Assembly: GCA_037142615.1 (NCBI GenBank) | Contig: JBAXAI010000001.1 | Span: 384,001 to 448,000 of the forward strand | Origin: Spirochaetales bacterium | GTDB lineage: Bacteria; Spirochaetota; Spirochaetia; JABEVK01 | Direction: 5' to 3' | Length of the DNA stretch: 64,000 nucleotides | In this document: one piece after another, positions 1-9,511 of the stretch | Numbering within the stretch: the stretch's first letter is position 1 | Layout of the letters: each line of letters opens with the position of its first letter | Program-made: the position numbers and the translations under genes | The notes under the pieces: model-generated | The model's database searches: none | The model's input: the letters and a program-made list of their open reading frames with translations, nothing else | Told to the model about the DNA's origin: nothing

Positions 1-60
1 AAGTAGCATCGTCCCGGTGCGGGCGCGCGTTGTGGCATCTTGGTGGTCGATCGCAATCAT
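1..60 (-). CDS. tgt: Queuine tRNA-ribosyltransferase, 5' fragment running off the window edge
   Basis: AGGAG RBS then ATG at 60 reading MIAIDHQDATTRARTGTMLL; the ARTG motif fits the Tgt N-terminus; tgt follows lptFG in spirochaete gene order. Confidence 0.6.
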   Translation of the reverse strand, partial: MIAIDHQDATTRARTGTMLL

Positions 61-68
61 GGAAGCTC

Positions 69-1142
69 CTAAGTCCGGGCCCGCAGGAACAGAATCGCCC
101 CCACAAAAGCACCTGCCATCACACCGATCGAAGCACCGGCCCAAGGCGGAAGGAAGCCCGTTTTTGCCAGCAATCCGGCGACCATCTGCAGGACAATGAA
201 TCCGGCGGAAACCAGCAAGCTGGTCAGCAGGCTCATGAGCAGAATGTTCTTGCGGAACCGGCCACCGACAGCAGCCGAGATCCAGATTACCACAAAGGGT
301 GAGAAAGAAAAACTGATGCGTTGAAGGGTATCAGTTTCGGCGTCTTGCGAGGGCAATCCCCCCGCCTTCAACGTCGCCACGTAGGTTCTTGCCTGGTCGA
401 AGGTTAGCTCGTTGACCGCAACGGTCTTGCGCTGAAATCGTTGCGGTGGATCGTTCAGTGTGGGGTCCGACCAAGTTTCCTCATATTTGTAGCCGATCTG
501 GCCGGATACATCCCTGGTATAGAACTTCACCTTGTGAAACAACCAGCTTTGCCCCTTCCAGTCGGCCCACTCGGCGTCAATTCTTTGCGAAAAGACGCTA
601 TCCTCGGATTTGAACACCAAAATGACACCGGTTAGCGTCTTCGAAGGATCGTTGTAGGTCGCAGCCGTGTAAACCATGGTGCCCTTGCGGGACAGCAGGG
701 CCACGTTTGTGCTGCTGAGGCTCGACTGGCCATTGAGTGTGCGAGTGAGCTCAGCGCGAGTCTTCTCGGTTGGGATAACCCCCCGGTCGTTCCAAAAGAA
801 AAGCAGCAGACTCGCCAAGGCACCCACGAAAAACAGCGGAAACACAAAACGCCGCAAGGACACACCCGAGCCCAGGATCACCACCAGTTCGTTGTGCCCA
901 TACAAGGTGCCCAAAACAAAAGAGACCGAGAACAAGAGGGCTGGCGATAGGGCCCAAGAGAGCGCCTGGGGAACGTAGAGCGCTGAAAGTGACAGGATCT
1001 GGAGGAACGGGACCCCGGCAGGCATCAGGCGCGAGACGTTCATCAGCAGGTCGGTCAACACCAAACTCAGGACAAAAAAGACAAGGGCAACCGCCAGCAT
1101 GAGCAGAAATTGTGAAAGGAGGTAGCGGCCAAGAATCCTCAT
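69..1142 (-). CDS. lptG: LptF/LptG (YjgP/YjgQ) family permease
   Basis: Start reassigned to MRILGRY (ATG overlapping the upstream stop); three N-terminal TM helices, NELVVILGSGVS motif, periplasmic beta domain, three C-terminal TM helices. Confidence 0.85.
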   Translation of the reverse strand: MRILGRYLLSQFLLMLAVALVFFVLSLVLTDLLMNVSRLMPAGVPFLQILSLSALYVPQALSWALSPALLFSVSFVLGTLYGHNELVVILGSGVSLRRFVFPLFFVGALASLLLFFWNDRGVIPTEKTRAELTRTLNGQSSLSSTNVALLSRKGTMVYTAATYNDPSKTLTGVILVFKSEDSVFSQRIDAEWADWKGQSWLFHKVKFYTRDVSGQIGYKYEETWSDPTLNDPPQRFQRKTVAVNELTFDQARTYVATLKAGGLPSQDAETDTLQRISFSFSPFVVIWISAAVGGRFRKNILLMSLLTSLLVSAGFIVLQMVAGLLAKTGFLPPWAGASIGVMAGAFVGAILFLRART

Positions 1143-2389
1143 CGGCGCATCCGGACAAAGACGGGTATCGAGAGAACCAGGATGAGGATATTCGGGAGGA
1201 ACATCGCGATCTCGGGGGTCCAGCGCCATTCCATGCTGAGGGTGCGCGCACCGAGAAGACTTCCCCAATACAGCACGGCTGTCAGCAATCCAATGCCGAT
1301 GATCCCGGTCATGCCACGCCGATTCTGCAGTACGGCCAGGGGAAAGGCCAAGAAAACAAAACAGATGCAGGCCAAAGGAATGGAGTACTTCTGATAAAGT
1401 TCGGTCTTCCAACTTTGGAGCTGACGGTCGGTCGGGTCGCGCCGGTCGAGCTCGGTCAGGCGGCTTGCCAGGTCAACCAAGGTTTGTCGGAGAGCTTCGT
1501 CCGTGCCCAACGAGTTCCAATACCCTGCCGTCAGACGGTTCCTGAGAACTTCACGGCCGCGCGCAAGTTCGTCCAGCTGCGCTTGAAAGTCTTTCTCCTT
1601 GAGTTGAATCTGGCGCGAAAGCTCGTACGAGGGCATTTCGCGCGGCCCCAGTGACTGGATCGAGGGGGCAAGATCCTTGAGGACGATGTTGTATTCCAAG
1701 GTTTTTGCACGGAAGGAGTCATACACGCCCGTCCGGCGGCTATCGGGTGTAACCCCTGTAACGTCTTCCAGGTGCAAAGTGATGACTCCCGGAAGTGCCG
1801 GATTCTCGGTCAAGCGGGCCGTCTTGGCGGTCAGAAGTCGGCTGTCATCCCGGGAGGTCTTGTCAAGCACGCTGACGCCTCGGAAGGTCTTGCCATCGAC
1901 GGCTCCCGTTACGATGAGCAGATTCTTATAGAACTTAACACTGTAGGCTCCCAGTTCCAGCTCTGGCGTCGAAAGAAGAAGATTCCGATAGACCTTGCCA
2001 AAGTTCACCGTGCCGGCGGGGAGTAGAACATCGTTGGCAAAGAATGACCCGGCAGCGAACAAACCTCCGAGCAGGAGGGCAGGAAGAAACAGCGTCCGGT
2101 GGGGAATCCCGCTCGCCTGAGAAGCGAGGATTTCCCGGTCACCTGCGAGCCGGCCGATTGACAGCAGGATGCCCAGCAAGGAAGCAAACGGGGCCGTCAG
2201 TGCCAAGATGGCTGGTAACGAGTACGTCAGCAGGAGAAGGACTTCTTCGGCCGGTGCCTTTCTTTTGAGAAGTTCCTCAGCCAAGAGCAGGATCTGGTTC
2301 AAGAAGAAAATGAAGAAGAAGAAGAGAAAACTGACGGCGAAAGCCAGCAGGATTTCCCTAGCGATATACCATCGGATCGTCATCTTCAC
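1139..2389 (-). CDS. lptF: LptF/LptG (YjgP/YjgQ) family permease
   Basis: RYIARE start, GRLAGDREILASQASGI and ELYQKYSIPLAC motifs; tandem with a paralogue. Confidence 0.85.
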   Translation of the reverse strand: MKMTIRWYIAREILLAFAVSFLFFFFIFFLNQILLLAEELLKRKAPAEEVLLLLTYSLPAILALTAPFASLLGILLSIGRLAGDREILASQASGIPHRTLFLPALLLGGLFAAGSFFANDVLLPAGTVNFGKVYRNLLLSTPELELGAYSVKFYKNLLIVTGAVDGKTFRGVSVLDKTSRDDSRLLTAKTARLTENPALPGVITLHLEDVTGVTPDSRRTGVYDSFRAKTLEYNIVLKDLAPSIQSLGPREMPSYELSRQIQLKEKDFQAQLDELARGREVLRNRLTAGYWNSLGTDEALRQTLVDLASRLTELDRRDPTDRQLQSWKTELYQKYSIPLACICFVFLAFPLAVLQNRRGMTGIIGIGLLTAVLYWGSLLGARTLSMEWRWTPEIAMFLPNILILVLSIPVFVRMRR

Positions 2390-3905
2390 TCCAAACTCCT
2401 ACACTTTGCCCTGTTGTTCCCCAGTACAGCCTGCCAGCTCGGCTGACCAGTGCCGAAATCCCCGCATCCGGAATGCCATCGGCGATCCCCAGATGTTGCA
2501 AAGGAAACCGTTGGCCATGCCAGAGTCCTTCATCCAAAGTTCCCCACCACGGATCGGTGCCGTTCCAGTCGATTGCAGTGACGAACTCCCGACCGCCGGA
2601 AACCAAGTTCCAACCCCGACCATCGAACAGCCAGAGTCCCTGGCCCCACGAACCCACCGCCCACAACGACGTGCGTTTGCCATCGCCGGGTGCGAGCATG
2701 GCGCTCACGTTGGTGGGCCCACCGGAGACTGGCGACCAGAGGTCCTTCTGCCAGTGCCAAAGTCCGTTGTCTCTGGAACCCACCCAAAGGCCGCCCTGAC
2801 CATCGGACACCACCGCATTGACAAACTGCGGCGCGTTGGAGCCAACGACTGCCTGCCATTGACCAGCGGTCCAAGACCAGAGCCCCTGCCCCAGGTGCGC
2901 GACCCAGAACTTCTCATCCTCTTCGACCCAAACATCTTGGATACGAAGTCCAGGCCAGTCGGGCGGGTACGGAAACTCCTTCCAGCCCAAAGTCACCTTA
3001 CTGTAGCGCGAGAATGACTTCTCTTTAAAGACGTAAACGAAAAATCGGCTGACCCTGACAAGCCTAACCGGGGCGATCTGTGACTTTGGCTTGTCGAGAA
3101 CCAGCCATTCGCCTGTCGCCAACGACCTTCGGACGAGGCCGCCGTTCCACGTTCCAAGCCACAGATCGTCTTGGTCGAGCGCCAAGGTTGAGACAAAAGG
3201 ATCAACGCCCTGTGGACGGAGGTCGATCTGCCCGAGAAACAACGATTGCCGCAACAATGCGGCTCGCGACTGATCACCTTGCAAAGGGAGATACACCGGC
3301 CTCAATTGCCGCCAGGCTTCCTTCGCTTCAACCGCGTTTTTTTGGATCATGGCGAGATCCCAGATCTCATCGAGAGCAAGGAAGTCACACTTTACCAGAA
3401 TCTGGGCACGAGCACGCCAAAACCGCGCGCTGTCCCACAGTCCTGAGTCCGTGTGGGCCCGTTCCAAGTAGAAGGCGGCCCAGAACTTTTCCAGGGCATC
3501 AGTCGACTGCTCGTAACGGGCTTGCAGGGGAAAGATCCGCCGGGATAACGGCAGGTCGGCGCGGAACAGCGCCCTCCAAAAATCTCTTTCCGTCGTCCAA
3601 AAATGGCCGCTGACTCCAGTCCGTTCAGGCCAGCCAGGTACAGTGACCCAACCAAACGACAACCCCTCGGGATCGAAGGCAGGGGGGATCCACGCTTGAG
3701 TCACCGGCGCCCGCAAGACCAAGGCCGGCGGCGACTCATGGGGAGGCGGCGCTTTCTCGGCGACGATAGCCTCAGGCACCGTCTCCGGGGGGGGCGCTTC
3801 CACCTCTGGCAGACGTGGAAGCACCGGTGGCAAAGAAGGCTGAGGAGTCGTGCATGCGGCGAGCAGGCCCGCAGCCAGAATCCAAACCCGGATCAGCGGC
3901 GCCAA
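2358..3905 (-). CDS. Putative lipoprotein with C-terminal beta-propeller repeats
   Basis: LAAC lipobox-like signal, Pro-rich linker, repeated LW(V/L)G(T/S)xxxGL blades; TTG start at 3905 inferred. Confidence 0.6.
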   Translation of the reverse strand: MAPLIRVWILAAGLLAACTTPQPSLPPVLPRLPEVEAPPPETVPEAIVAEKAPPPHESPPALVLRAPVTQAWIPPAFDPEGLSFGWVTVPGWPERTGVSGHFWTTERDFWRALFRADLPLSRRIFPLQARYEQSTDALEKFWAAFYLERAHTDSGLWDSARFWRARAQILVKCDFLALDEIWDLAMIQKNAVEAKEAWRQLRPVYLPLQGDQSRAALLRQSLFLGQIDLRPQGVDPFVSTLALDQDDLWLGTWNGGLVRRSLATGEWLVLDKPKSQIAPVRLVRVSRFFVYVFKEKSFSRYSKVTLGWKEFPYPPDWPGLRIQDVWVEEDEKFWVAHLGQGLWSWTAGQWQAVVGSNAPQFVNAVVSDGQGGLWVGSRDNGLWHWQKDLWSPVSGGPTNVSAMLAPGDGKRTSLWAVGSWGQGLWLFDGRGWNLVSGGREFVTAIDWNGTDPWWGTLDEGLWHGQRFPLQHLGIADGIPDAGISALVSRAGRLYWGTTGQSVGVWSEDDDPMVYR

Positions 3906-5164
3906 AATGTTTCCAGGGCTTTCGACGAACGAAGCCGAGTCTTCCCCCAGATTTCGAGGCTGCAAGGGCCACGAACCATGTCTAGGACTCGAGAATGCTC
4001 CTCTCGCGTCACAGGAACTTCGAGGTTTACCAGCAGCGTATCGAGCGATTCACGCACGTCAAAGGAACGATGAAAGTGCCACAGTCGCCCTACCCGGTTC
4101 TCCATCTTCTCTGAACCGAGAATCAGCCCACCAAGTAAAGCCAGACGCGCGTCTTCCCATTCCGTCTCGGTTGGCGGTTCAGTCTGCAGCCTCAGGATCT
4201 CCTCCCTGAGGACCTCTGCAATCGCGCGGCCGTGTTCGGGTGCAGCGGTGGCGAAAAACTGAAGGCCCCACTCCGTTTCGGTGTCGAAAACTTGCGACGT
4301 GACGCTGTAACAAAGGCCACGAGACTCACGGAGACTTTGAAAAAGCCGGGAACTCATGGTCTCGCCCCAAAGCATCGAAAAAAACTGCCAAACCGTCGCC
4401 TCCCGTACGGTAGAAGGCTTTCCGAAATGCCAACCGCCCAAGACTTGCACCATCTGAAAGTCTGCGGGTACCACCCGGCAGACGGGCGCTGTCCTGAAGG
4501 ACGCGAGATGGAAGTTTGTCGCAGTCCCCAGTGCAACTCCGCCCAGGTGAAACCCCAAGTCGTTTGACAGGCTAACCTCATCCAGATTTCCGCAGGCGAC
4601 GACGGTGAGCGAAGGAAGCACGAGGTGCGCCGAGTGCCACGAGCGAACGTCCCCGGCGGTCAGTAGCGCAAGACTCTTCTCGGTGCCTGCGACGGGGCGA
4701 GACCAGTCCCCGCGCGAAAGCAGGCTTAGAAAGGACTCGTAAGCCATCTCCTCAGGATCTTCCAGAGTTGCCAGAATTTCGTTTCGGATCACCTCTCGCT
4801 CGCGTTCAAGTTCCTCCACTGGAAAGTTCGGGTGAAAGCAGAGCTGAACAAGCACCTCGACGGCCGTTCGCCAGTGTTCGGCGGGCACGGTGCAGGTGAA
4901 AGCAATTTCTTCGCGATCAGTCCAGGCATTCAGATCACCACCGACCCTGTCGACTTTTCTGGCCAAGTCCGACGCTGAATACGCAAGAGTCCCCTTGAAG
5001 ACCATGTGCTCCACAAGGTGTGCCAACCCGGCCTTGCCGGGAGGATCGGTACGCGACCCCGAGGGAAAAAAAAATCCCAGGGAAAACGCCTTGCTGGACA
5101 AGACTTTTTCCCACAGGATTCGTGAACCGCAGGGCAGCGCGCCGGATCCGAAGAGATCCGCCAT
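3893..5164 (-). CDS. M16 family (pitrilysin-like) zinc peptidase
   Basis: GLAHLVEHMVFKGT inverted zinc motif, NAWT, SSRLFQSLRESRGLCY; directly downstream of pnp. Confidence 0.9.
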   Translation of the reverse strand: MADLFGSGALPCGSRILWEKVLSSKAFSLGFFFPSGSRTDPPGKAGLAHLVEHMVFKGTLAYSASDLARKVDRVGGDLNAWTDREEIAFTCTVPAEHWRTAVEVLVQLCFHPNFPVEELEREREVIRNEILATLEDPEEMAYESFLSLLSRGDWSRPVAGTEKSLALLTAGDVRSWHSAHLVLPSLTVVACGNLDEVSLSNDLGFHLGGVALGTATNFHLASFRTAPVCRVVPADFQMVQVLGGWHFGKPSTVREATVWQFFSMLWGETMSSRLFQSLRESRGLCYSVTSQVFDTETEWGLQFFATAAPEHGRAIAEVLREEILRLQTEPPTETEWEDARLALLGGLILGSEKMENRVGRLWHFHRSFDVRESLDTLLVNLEVPVTREEHSRVLDMVRGPCSLEIWGKTRLRSSKALETFWRR

Positions 5165-5177
5165 GCTGATTCCTTTT

Positions 5178-7247
5178 CTAGACGTCGACGATGCTGAGGT
5201 TGAGCCGACCCATCTTGTCGAGCTCGACAAGGCGTACTTTCACGGTCTGGCCCTCTTTGAGGATGTCGCTCACCGAGTTGACCCGTTCTTTCGACATCTT
5301 CGAGATGTGGCAAAGGCCTTCTTTGCCGGGCAGGATTTCGATGAACGCACCAAAGTCCATCAGGCGTTTGACCGTTCCGGTGTAAACCCGCCCAACTTCG
5401 GGGTCCTGCACCATACCACGGATCTTGGCTTCGGCGATCTCTGCGTTTTCGGCCTTTTTGCTGTAGATGGTGACGGTACCGTCGTTGTCGATGTTGATCT
5501 TTGCGCCGGTTTCCTCGCTGATGCCTTTGATGTTTTTTCCGCCGGGCCCGATGATCAGTCCAATCTTGTCAGGATCGACCTTCAACGTCAGGATCCGGGG
5601 GGCAAAAGAAGAAATCTGAGGTTTGGGAGTCGCCAAAACCTTGTTCATGATGCCCAGGATATGCATTCGGCCTTCTTTGGCTTGGCTCAGGGCTGTTGTC
5701 ATGATCTCGCGGGTCACGTTGGACACCTTGATGTCCATCTGGAACCCGGTGATTCCCTTTTCCGTGCCAGCGACTTTGAAGTCCATGTCGCCCAGATGAT
5801 CTTCCTCACCCAAAATGTCGGAAAGCACCTTGAACCGCTTGCCATCGGTGACCAAGCCCATCGCAATGCCTGCGACGGGACGCTTCATCGGTACCCCGGC
5901 CGCCAAAAGACTCAGCGAACCGCCGCAAACCGAAGCCATCGACGACGAGCCATTCGACTCAAGAACTTCAGAAACGACACGAACGGTATACGGGAAACTC
6001 GCGTAGTCGGGCAGAACGTTCTGAAGAGAACGCTGGGCCAAGTGTCCGTGGCCGATTTCGCGGCGGCCCGTCGACAAGCGGCCCGTTTCACCCACCGAGA
6101 ACGGGGGGAAGTTGTAATGCAGCATGAAGGTAGCGCGCTTGTCGCCATCGATGGTGTCCATGATCTGCTCGTCGAACACCGTACCGAGGGTCGATACAGC
6201 CAGAGCCTGGGTTTCACCGCGGGTGAACAGGGCCGAACCGTGGGTACGCGGCAGGAGGTCGATTTCACACGCGATGGGACGGATCTCGCTGGTGTTGCGA
6301 CCATCACAGCGAAGATTCTTCGCGAGAATGCTCTCGCGAAGGATGTCGCGTTCCATGTCGTCGATGAGGGCGCTGATCAGGCCCGTTTCGCCTTCCGGGA
6401 CCGAAGCGTCGAACTGGGCGTGCACTTCCTTGGCGACGGCCTTGATGGCGGCCACGCGCTCGAACTTGCCCTTGACGAAGCAGGCGGTTTCCATCTTGGC
6501 GGTGGCCCACTTTTCGATCTCGGGCTTGTTGGCCAGAGTCTTTTCGGCAAAGTTGGGCATGGGCAGCTTGGCCTTGCCGCAAAGCTTCACCAGTTCGTGC
6601 TGGATAGCGCAGAGCTGCTTGATGTAGCCCTCGGCCATTTCGATGGCGGCGAGCAGCATTTCCTCGGGAACTTCCTTGGCTCCGCCTTCCACCATCGTGA
6701 TCCCAGCTTCGGTGCCGGCAACGACGATTTCGCACTCCGACGCTTCGATCTCCTCAAAGGTCGGGTTGACGATGAGTTCACCCTTGACGCTGGCAATACG
6801 CACTGCCGCCACGGGGCCTTCAAACGGAATGTCGGAAATCGCGACTGCCGCAAAAGCGGCAATCATTCCCACCACGTCAGGAGGATTGATCTGGTCGGCC
6901 GAGATAGTGGTCGGCACCACTTGGATCTCACGGGCAAACTTCTTGTCGAACAAGGGCCTCATCGGGCGGTCGATCAGACGGGAGACCAGAATCTCCTTGT
7001 CGCGGGGACGGGCTTCGCGCTTGAGAAAGCCACCGGGAATCTTTCCGGCAGCGTAGTACTTCTCGTTGTATTCCACGGAGAGAGGAACGAAATCCAACCC
7101 TTCCGTCGGGCTCGAAGCACAGCAGACCGTGGCCAAGACAACCGAACCGCCGTAGGTGGCGTAAATCGCGCCGTTGGCTTGTTTGGCCATCTTTCCTGTT
7201 TCCAGGATGAGTTCTTCTTTGCCCAGTTTCAGGCGTACTTGATGCAT
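5178..7247 (-). CDS. pnp: Polyribonucleotide nucleotidyltransferase (PNPase)
   Basis: [50 protein letters not shown] and S1 domains. Confidence 0.98.
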   Translation of the reverse strand: MHQVRLKLGKEELILETGKMAKQANGAIYATYGGSVVLATVCCASSPTEGLDFVPLSVEYNEKYYAAGKIPGGFLKREARPRDKEILVSRLIDRPMRPLFDKKFAREIQVVPTTISADQINPPDVVGMIAAFAAVAISDIPFEGPVAAVRIASVKGELIVNPTFEEIEASECEIVVAGTEAGITMVEGGAKEVPEEMLLAAIEMAEGYIKQLCAIQHELVKLCGKAKLPMPNFAEKTLANKPEIEKWATAKMETACFVKGKFERVAAIKAVAKEVHAQFDASVPEGETGLISALIDDMERDILRESILAKNLRCDGRNTSEIRPIACEIDLLPRTHGSALFTRGETQALAVSTLGTVFDEQIMDTIDGDKRATFMLHYNFPPFSVGETGRLSTGRREIGHGHLAQRSLQNVLPDYASFPYTVRVVSEVLESNGSSSMASVCGGSLSLLAAGVPMKRPVAGIAMGLVTDGKRFKVLSDILGEEDHLGDMDFKVAGTEKGITGFQMDIKVSNVTREIMTTALSQAKEGRMHILGIMNKVLATPKPQISSFAPRILTLKVDPDKIGLIIGPGGKNIKGISEETGAKINIDNDGTVTIYSKKAENAEIAEAKIRGMVQDPEVGRVYTGTVKRLMDFGAFIEILPGKEGLCHISKMSKERVNSVSDILKEGQTVKVRLVELDKMGRLNLSIVDV

Positions 7248-7257
7248 GGGTTTTCCT

Positions 7258-7527
7258 TTACTTTCTCAGGCCCAGTTTCTCGATCAGGGCGCGGTAGCCA
7301 GCCAAGTTGGTGGTCTGCAAGTAGCGGAGCAACCGGCGGCGCTGGCCGACGAGCTGAAGCAACCCTCGACGACTATTGTGGTCCTTCTTCGAAATCTTGA
7401 AGTGCTCGGTCAGATACTGGATCCGTGCAGTGATCAGCGCGATTTGGACTTCGGTCGAACCGGTGTTGGCGGCGGCGCCGCCGAAATCGGCGACAATTTT
7501 CGCCTTTTCTTCTTTACTAAGTGCCAT
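7258..7527 (-). CDS. rpsO: 30S ribosomal protein S15
   Basis: [28 protein letters not shown]; 89 aa from ATG 7527. Confidence 0.98.
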   Translation of the reverse strand: MALSKEEKAKIVADFGGAAANTGSTEVQIALITARIQYLTEHFKISKKDHNSRRGLLQLVGQRRRLLRYLQTTNLAGYRALIEKLGLRK

Positions 7528-8308
7528 TCTGTACTCCTTGTACAAAAACAATGTGCTCCAAACGTTCTCCCGGGGGAGACTCCCAGGTCAGGTCAGTTTC
7601 ATTGACCGTCAAAAGCGTCGTTCGATCGTTGAGCCGACACTGGTAGAGACCGTTGGCCGGAACCAAGGTCTCGAACTCGTTCTTCGGGGCCCGCAAAAGG
7701 GTACCCAAACGTCGGTGGCTGGTCACCGGCAGATCATATTCCCGGCCGAGCAACTGGTTGGCCAAGAAAATATCGCCACTTGCCAGCGCCCTCCGAATGC
7801 GAGAACTGCTCACGGCCTCTCCGGCAACGACAAACGGTGGAACCACCGTCAGTCGGGTCTGAGGGTCCGCCAGCCAACCGAGATCCGAAGCCGTTGTCCC
7901 AGAACCACTCCCAAAGGAAAAGTTCCAGCCCAGAACCAGCTTGCTGAACACGATAGACTTCTTCAGGACAAGGAAAAAATCCCTCCCGGCCATCTTACCG
8001 AAATCCGCTGAAAAGTCAATTGCGACAACGACTTCGACACCGAGTGCCTCAAGGGTGGCCAGCTTTCTTTCCCAGGTCATGAGATCGCCTGGATACTGGA
8101 GTTGGAGCACTTTCTTGGGGCTGGTCCGGAAGGTGATGACAAGAGGTCTTGCGTCCGGATACAGCGGGTTGTCGCGCACCTGCAACAAGTCCACCAGCGA
8201 CCGGTGACCGAGGTGCAGACCATCGAAGACCCCGATCGTCGCGTTCCACGCCCCCGCCAGAACGTCGGTTCGACCAGTCAGCAGGTCCTGCCATTCGAGA
8301 ACTCTCAC
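7517..8308 (-). CDS. ribF: FAD synthetase (RibF N-terminal adenylyltransferase domain; kinase domain short or degenerate)
   Basis: [24 protein letters not shown]; lies between truB and rpsO. Confidence 0.8.
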   Translation of the reverse strand: MRVLEWQDLLTGRTDVLAGAWNATIGVFDGLHLGHRSLVDLLQVRDNPLYPDARPLVITFRTSPKKVLQLQYPGDLMTWERKLATLEALGVEVVVAIDFSADFGKMAGRDFFLVLKKSIVFSKLVLGWNFSFGSGSGTTASDLGWLADPQTRLTVVPPFVVAGEAVSSSRIRRALASGDIFLANQLLGREYDLPVTSHRRLGTLLRAPKNEFETLVPANGLYQCRLNDRTTLLTVNETDLTWESPPGERLEHIVFVQGVQNGT

Positions 8309-9177
8309 GGGAGCGCCGCCTGAACGAAAACATAGGACCAACGCCCCGCGCGACGTTCCACCACGGCACCCAAACGACCGGCCGAGTCCACCAAGGCCGC
8401 TCTCTCCTGCGGTAGGTCCATCAGTTCTGAGGACTGCCTCAACGGATCAAGACCTCTGCTGACTCCGTCCAGGTCGCGAACTTCCAGCAACGGAATATCG
8501 AGAATCTTCAGGGTTTCGTGCTCGTCCATAAAAACCTGCGGTTGCTCGGGCAAGGAGAAGGGACCAACACGATGGCGGATCAACCGGCTCACGAAGGCAC
8601 CGCATCCCGCCAATCTACCCCAGTCCCTCGCCAACGAACGGATGTAGGTACCCTTAGAGCAATGCACCCGAAGCGTCAGCACGGGGTTGGCCCAGCGAAC
8701 GACGTCGAGTTCGTGCACAGTGATCGCTCGAGGGGGAATTTCCGGGCTCTCGCCGTCGCGAACTCTCTGGTAGGCGCGTTTTCCGTCGATGTGGACCGCG
8801 CTATATTGAGGAGGCACCTGATTCAACACACCCCGGAACTGGTTAGCATACGAAAGAAGCGATTCCAAGGGTGGAACAGGCCCTTCTGAGACCGTCGTGC
8901 CTTCGGGATCCAGGGTTGTTGTTTCCCTGCCGAAGGTAAAATCCGCCTCGTAGACTTTGTCAAAATCGGTGAAGAACGGTGTGAACTTGGTGAACTTCCC
9001 CGTCAAGACAACCAAAAGTCCCTGGGCGAACTGGTCCAAGGTCCCGGTGTGACCCAAGACCGTTCCATATTCCCGTTTCAGGGGATAGAGCGCCTGAAAC
9101 GAAGTGACTCCGGGCCGCTTGTTCAGCAGGATCATCCCGTTGGGAGTCGGCCTCTTGTCAGGAACGGTTGGCCTCAT
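8305..9177 (-). CDS. truB: tRNA pseudouridine(55) synthase
   Basis: GHTGTLDQFAQG, QVPPQYSAVHIDGKRAY, CSKGTYIRSLARD. Confidence 0.96.
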   Translation of the reverse strand: MRPTVPDKRPTPNGMILLNKRPGVTSFQALYPLKREYGTVLGHTGTLDQFAQGLLVVLTGKFTKFTPFFTDFDKVYEADFTFGRETTTLDPEGTTVSEGPVPPLESLLSYANQFRGVLNQVPPQYSAVHIDGKRAYQRVRDGESPEIPPRAITVHELDVVRWANPVLTLRVHCSKGTYIRSLARDWGRLAGCGAFVSRLIRHRVGPFSLPEQPQVFMDEHETLKILDIPLLEVRDLDGVSRGLDPLRQSSELMDLPQERAALVDSAGRLGAVVERRAGRWSYVFVQAALP

Positions 9178-9508
9178 CGATCAGTCGGTTGAGCTCCATC
9201 GACTTTTGAATGGAGTCATCGACAAAGAAGGCCAGTCGAGGCGTCGACCGCATGGCGAGCTTTTTGCCCAGGGTGCCTTGGATGAACCCCGACGCATGAT
9301 TCAAGGCCTCCACGGCCTTCTCGACCGTGGAATCCTTTTGGAACGAACTGACATACACTTTGGCCTGACTGAGGTCGTTGCTGACTTTGACCAGGTTGAT
9401 GGAAAGAAATGTGCTCACCCGGGGGTCTTTGATCTCCTGAGTCAGAATCATCTGGCTCAGAATCCCCTGGATGAGACTTTCCACTTTCTTTGTGCGAACC
9501 TCTTTCAT
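9158..9508 (-). CDS. rbfA: Ribosome-binding factor A
   Basis: IKDPRV, VSNDLSQAKVYV, TPRLAFFVDDS; downstream of infB. Confidence 0.95.
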   Translation of the reverse strand: MKEVRTKKVESLIQGILSQMILTQEIKDPRVSTFLSINLVKVSNDLSQAKVYVSSFQKDSTVEKAVEALNHASGFIQGTLGKKLAMRSTPRLAFFVDDSIQKSMELNRLIDEANRS

Positions 9509-9511
9509 CCG

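Noticed and set aside
4890-7400. 836 aa plus-strand ORF
   Set aside because: Antisense shadow of pnp caused by codon bias; no motifs of its own
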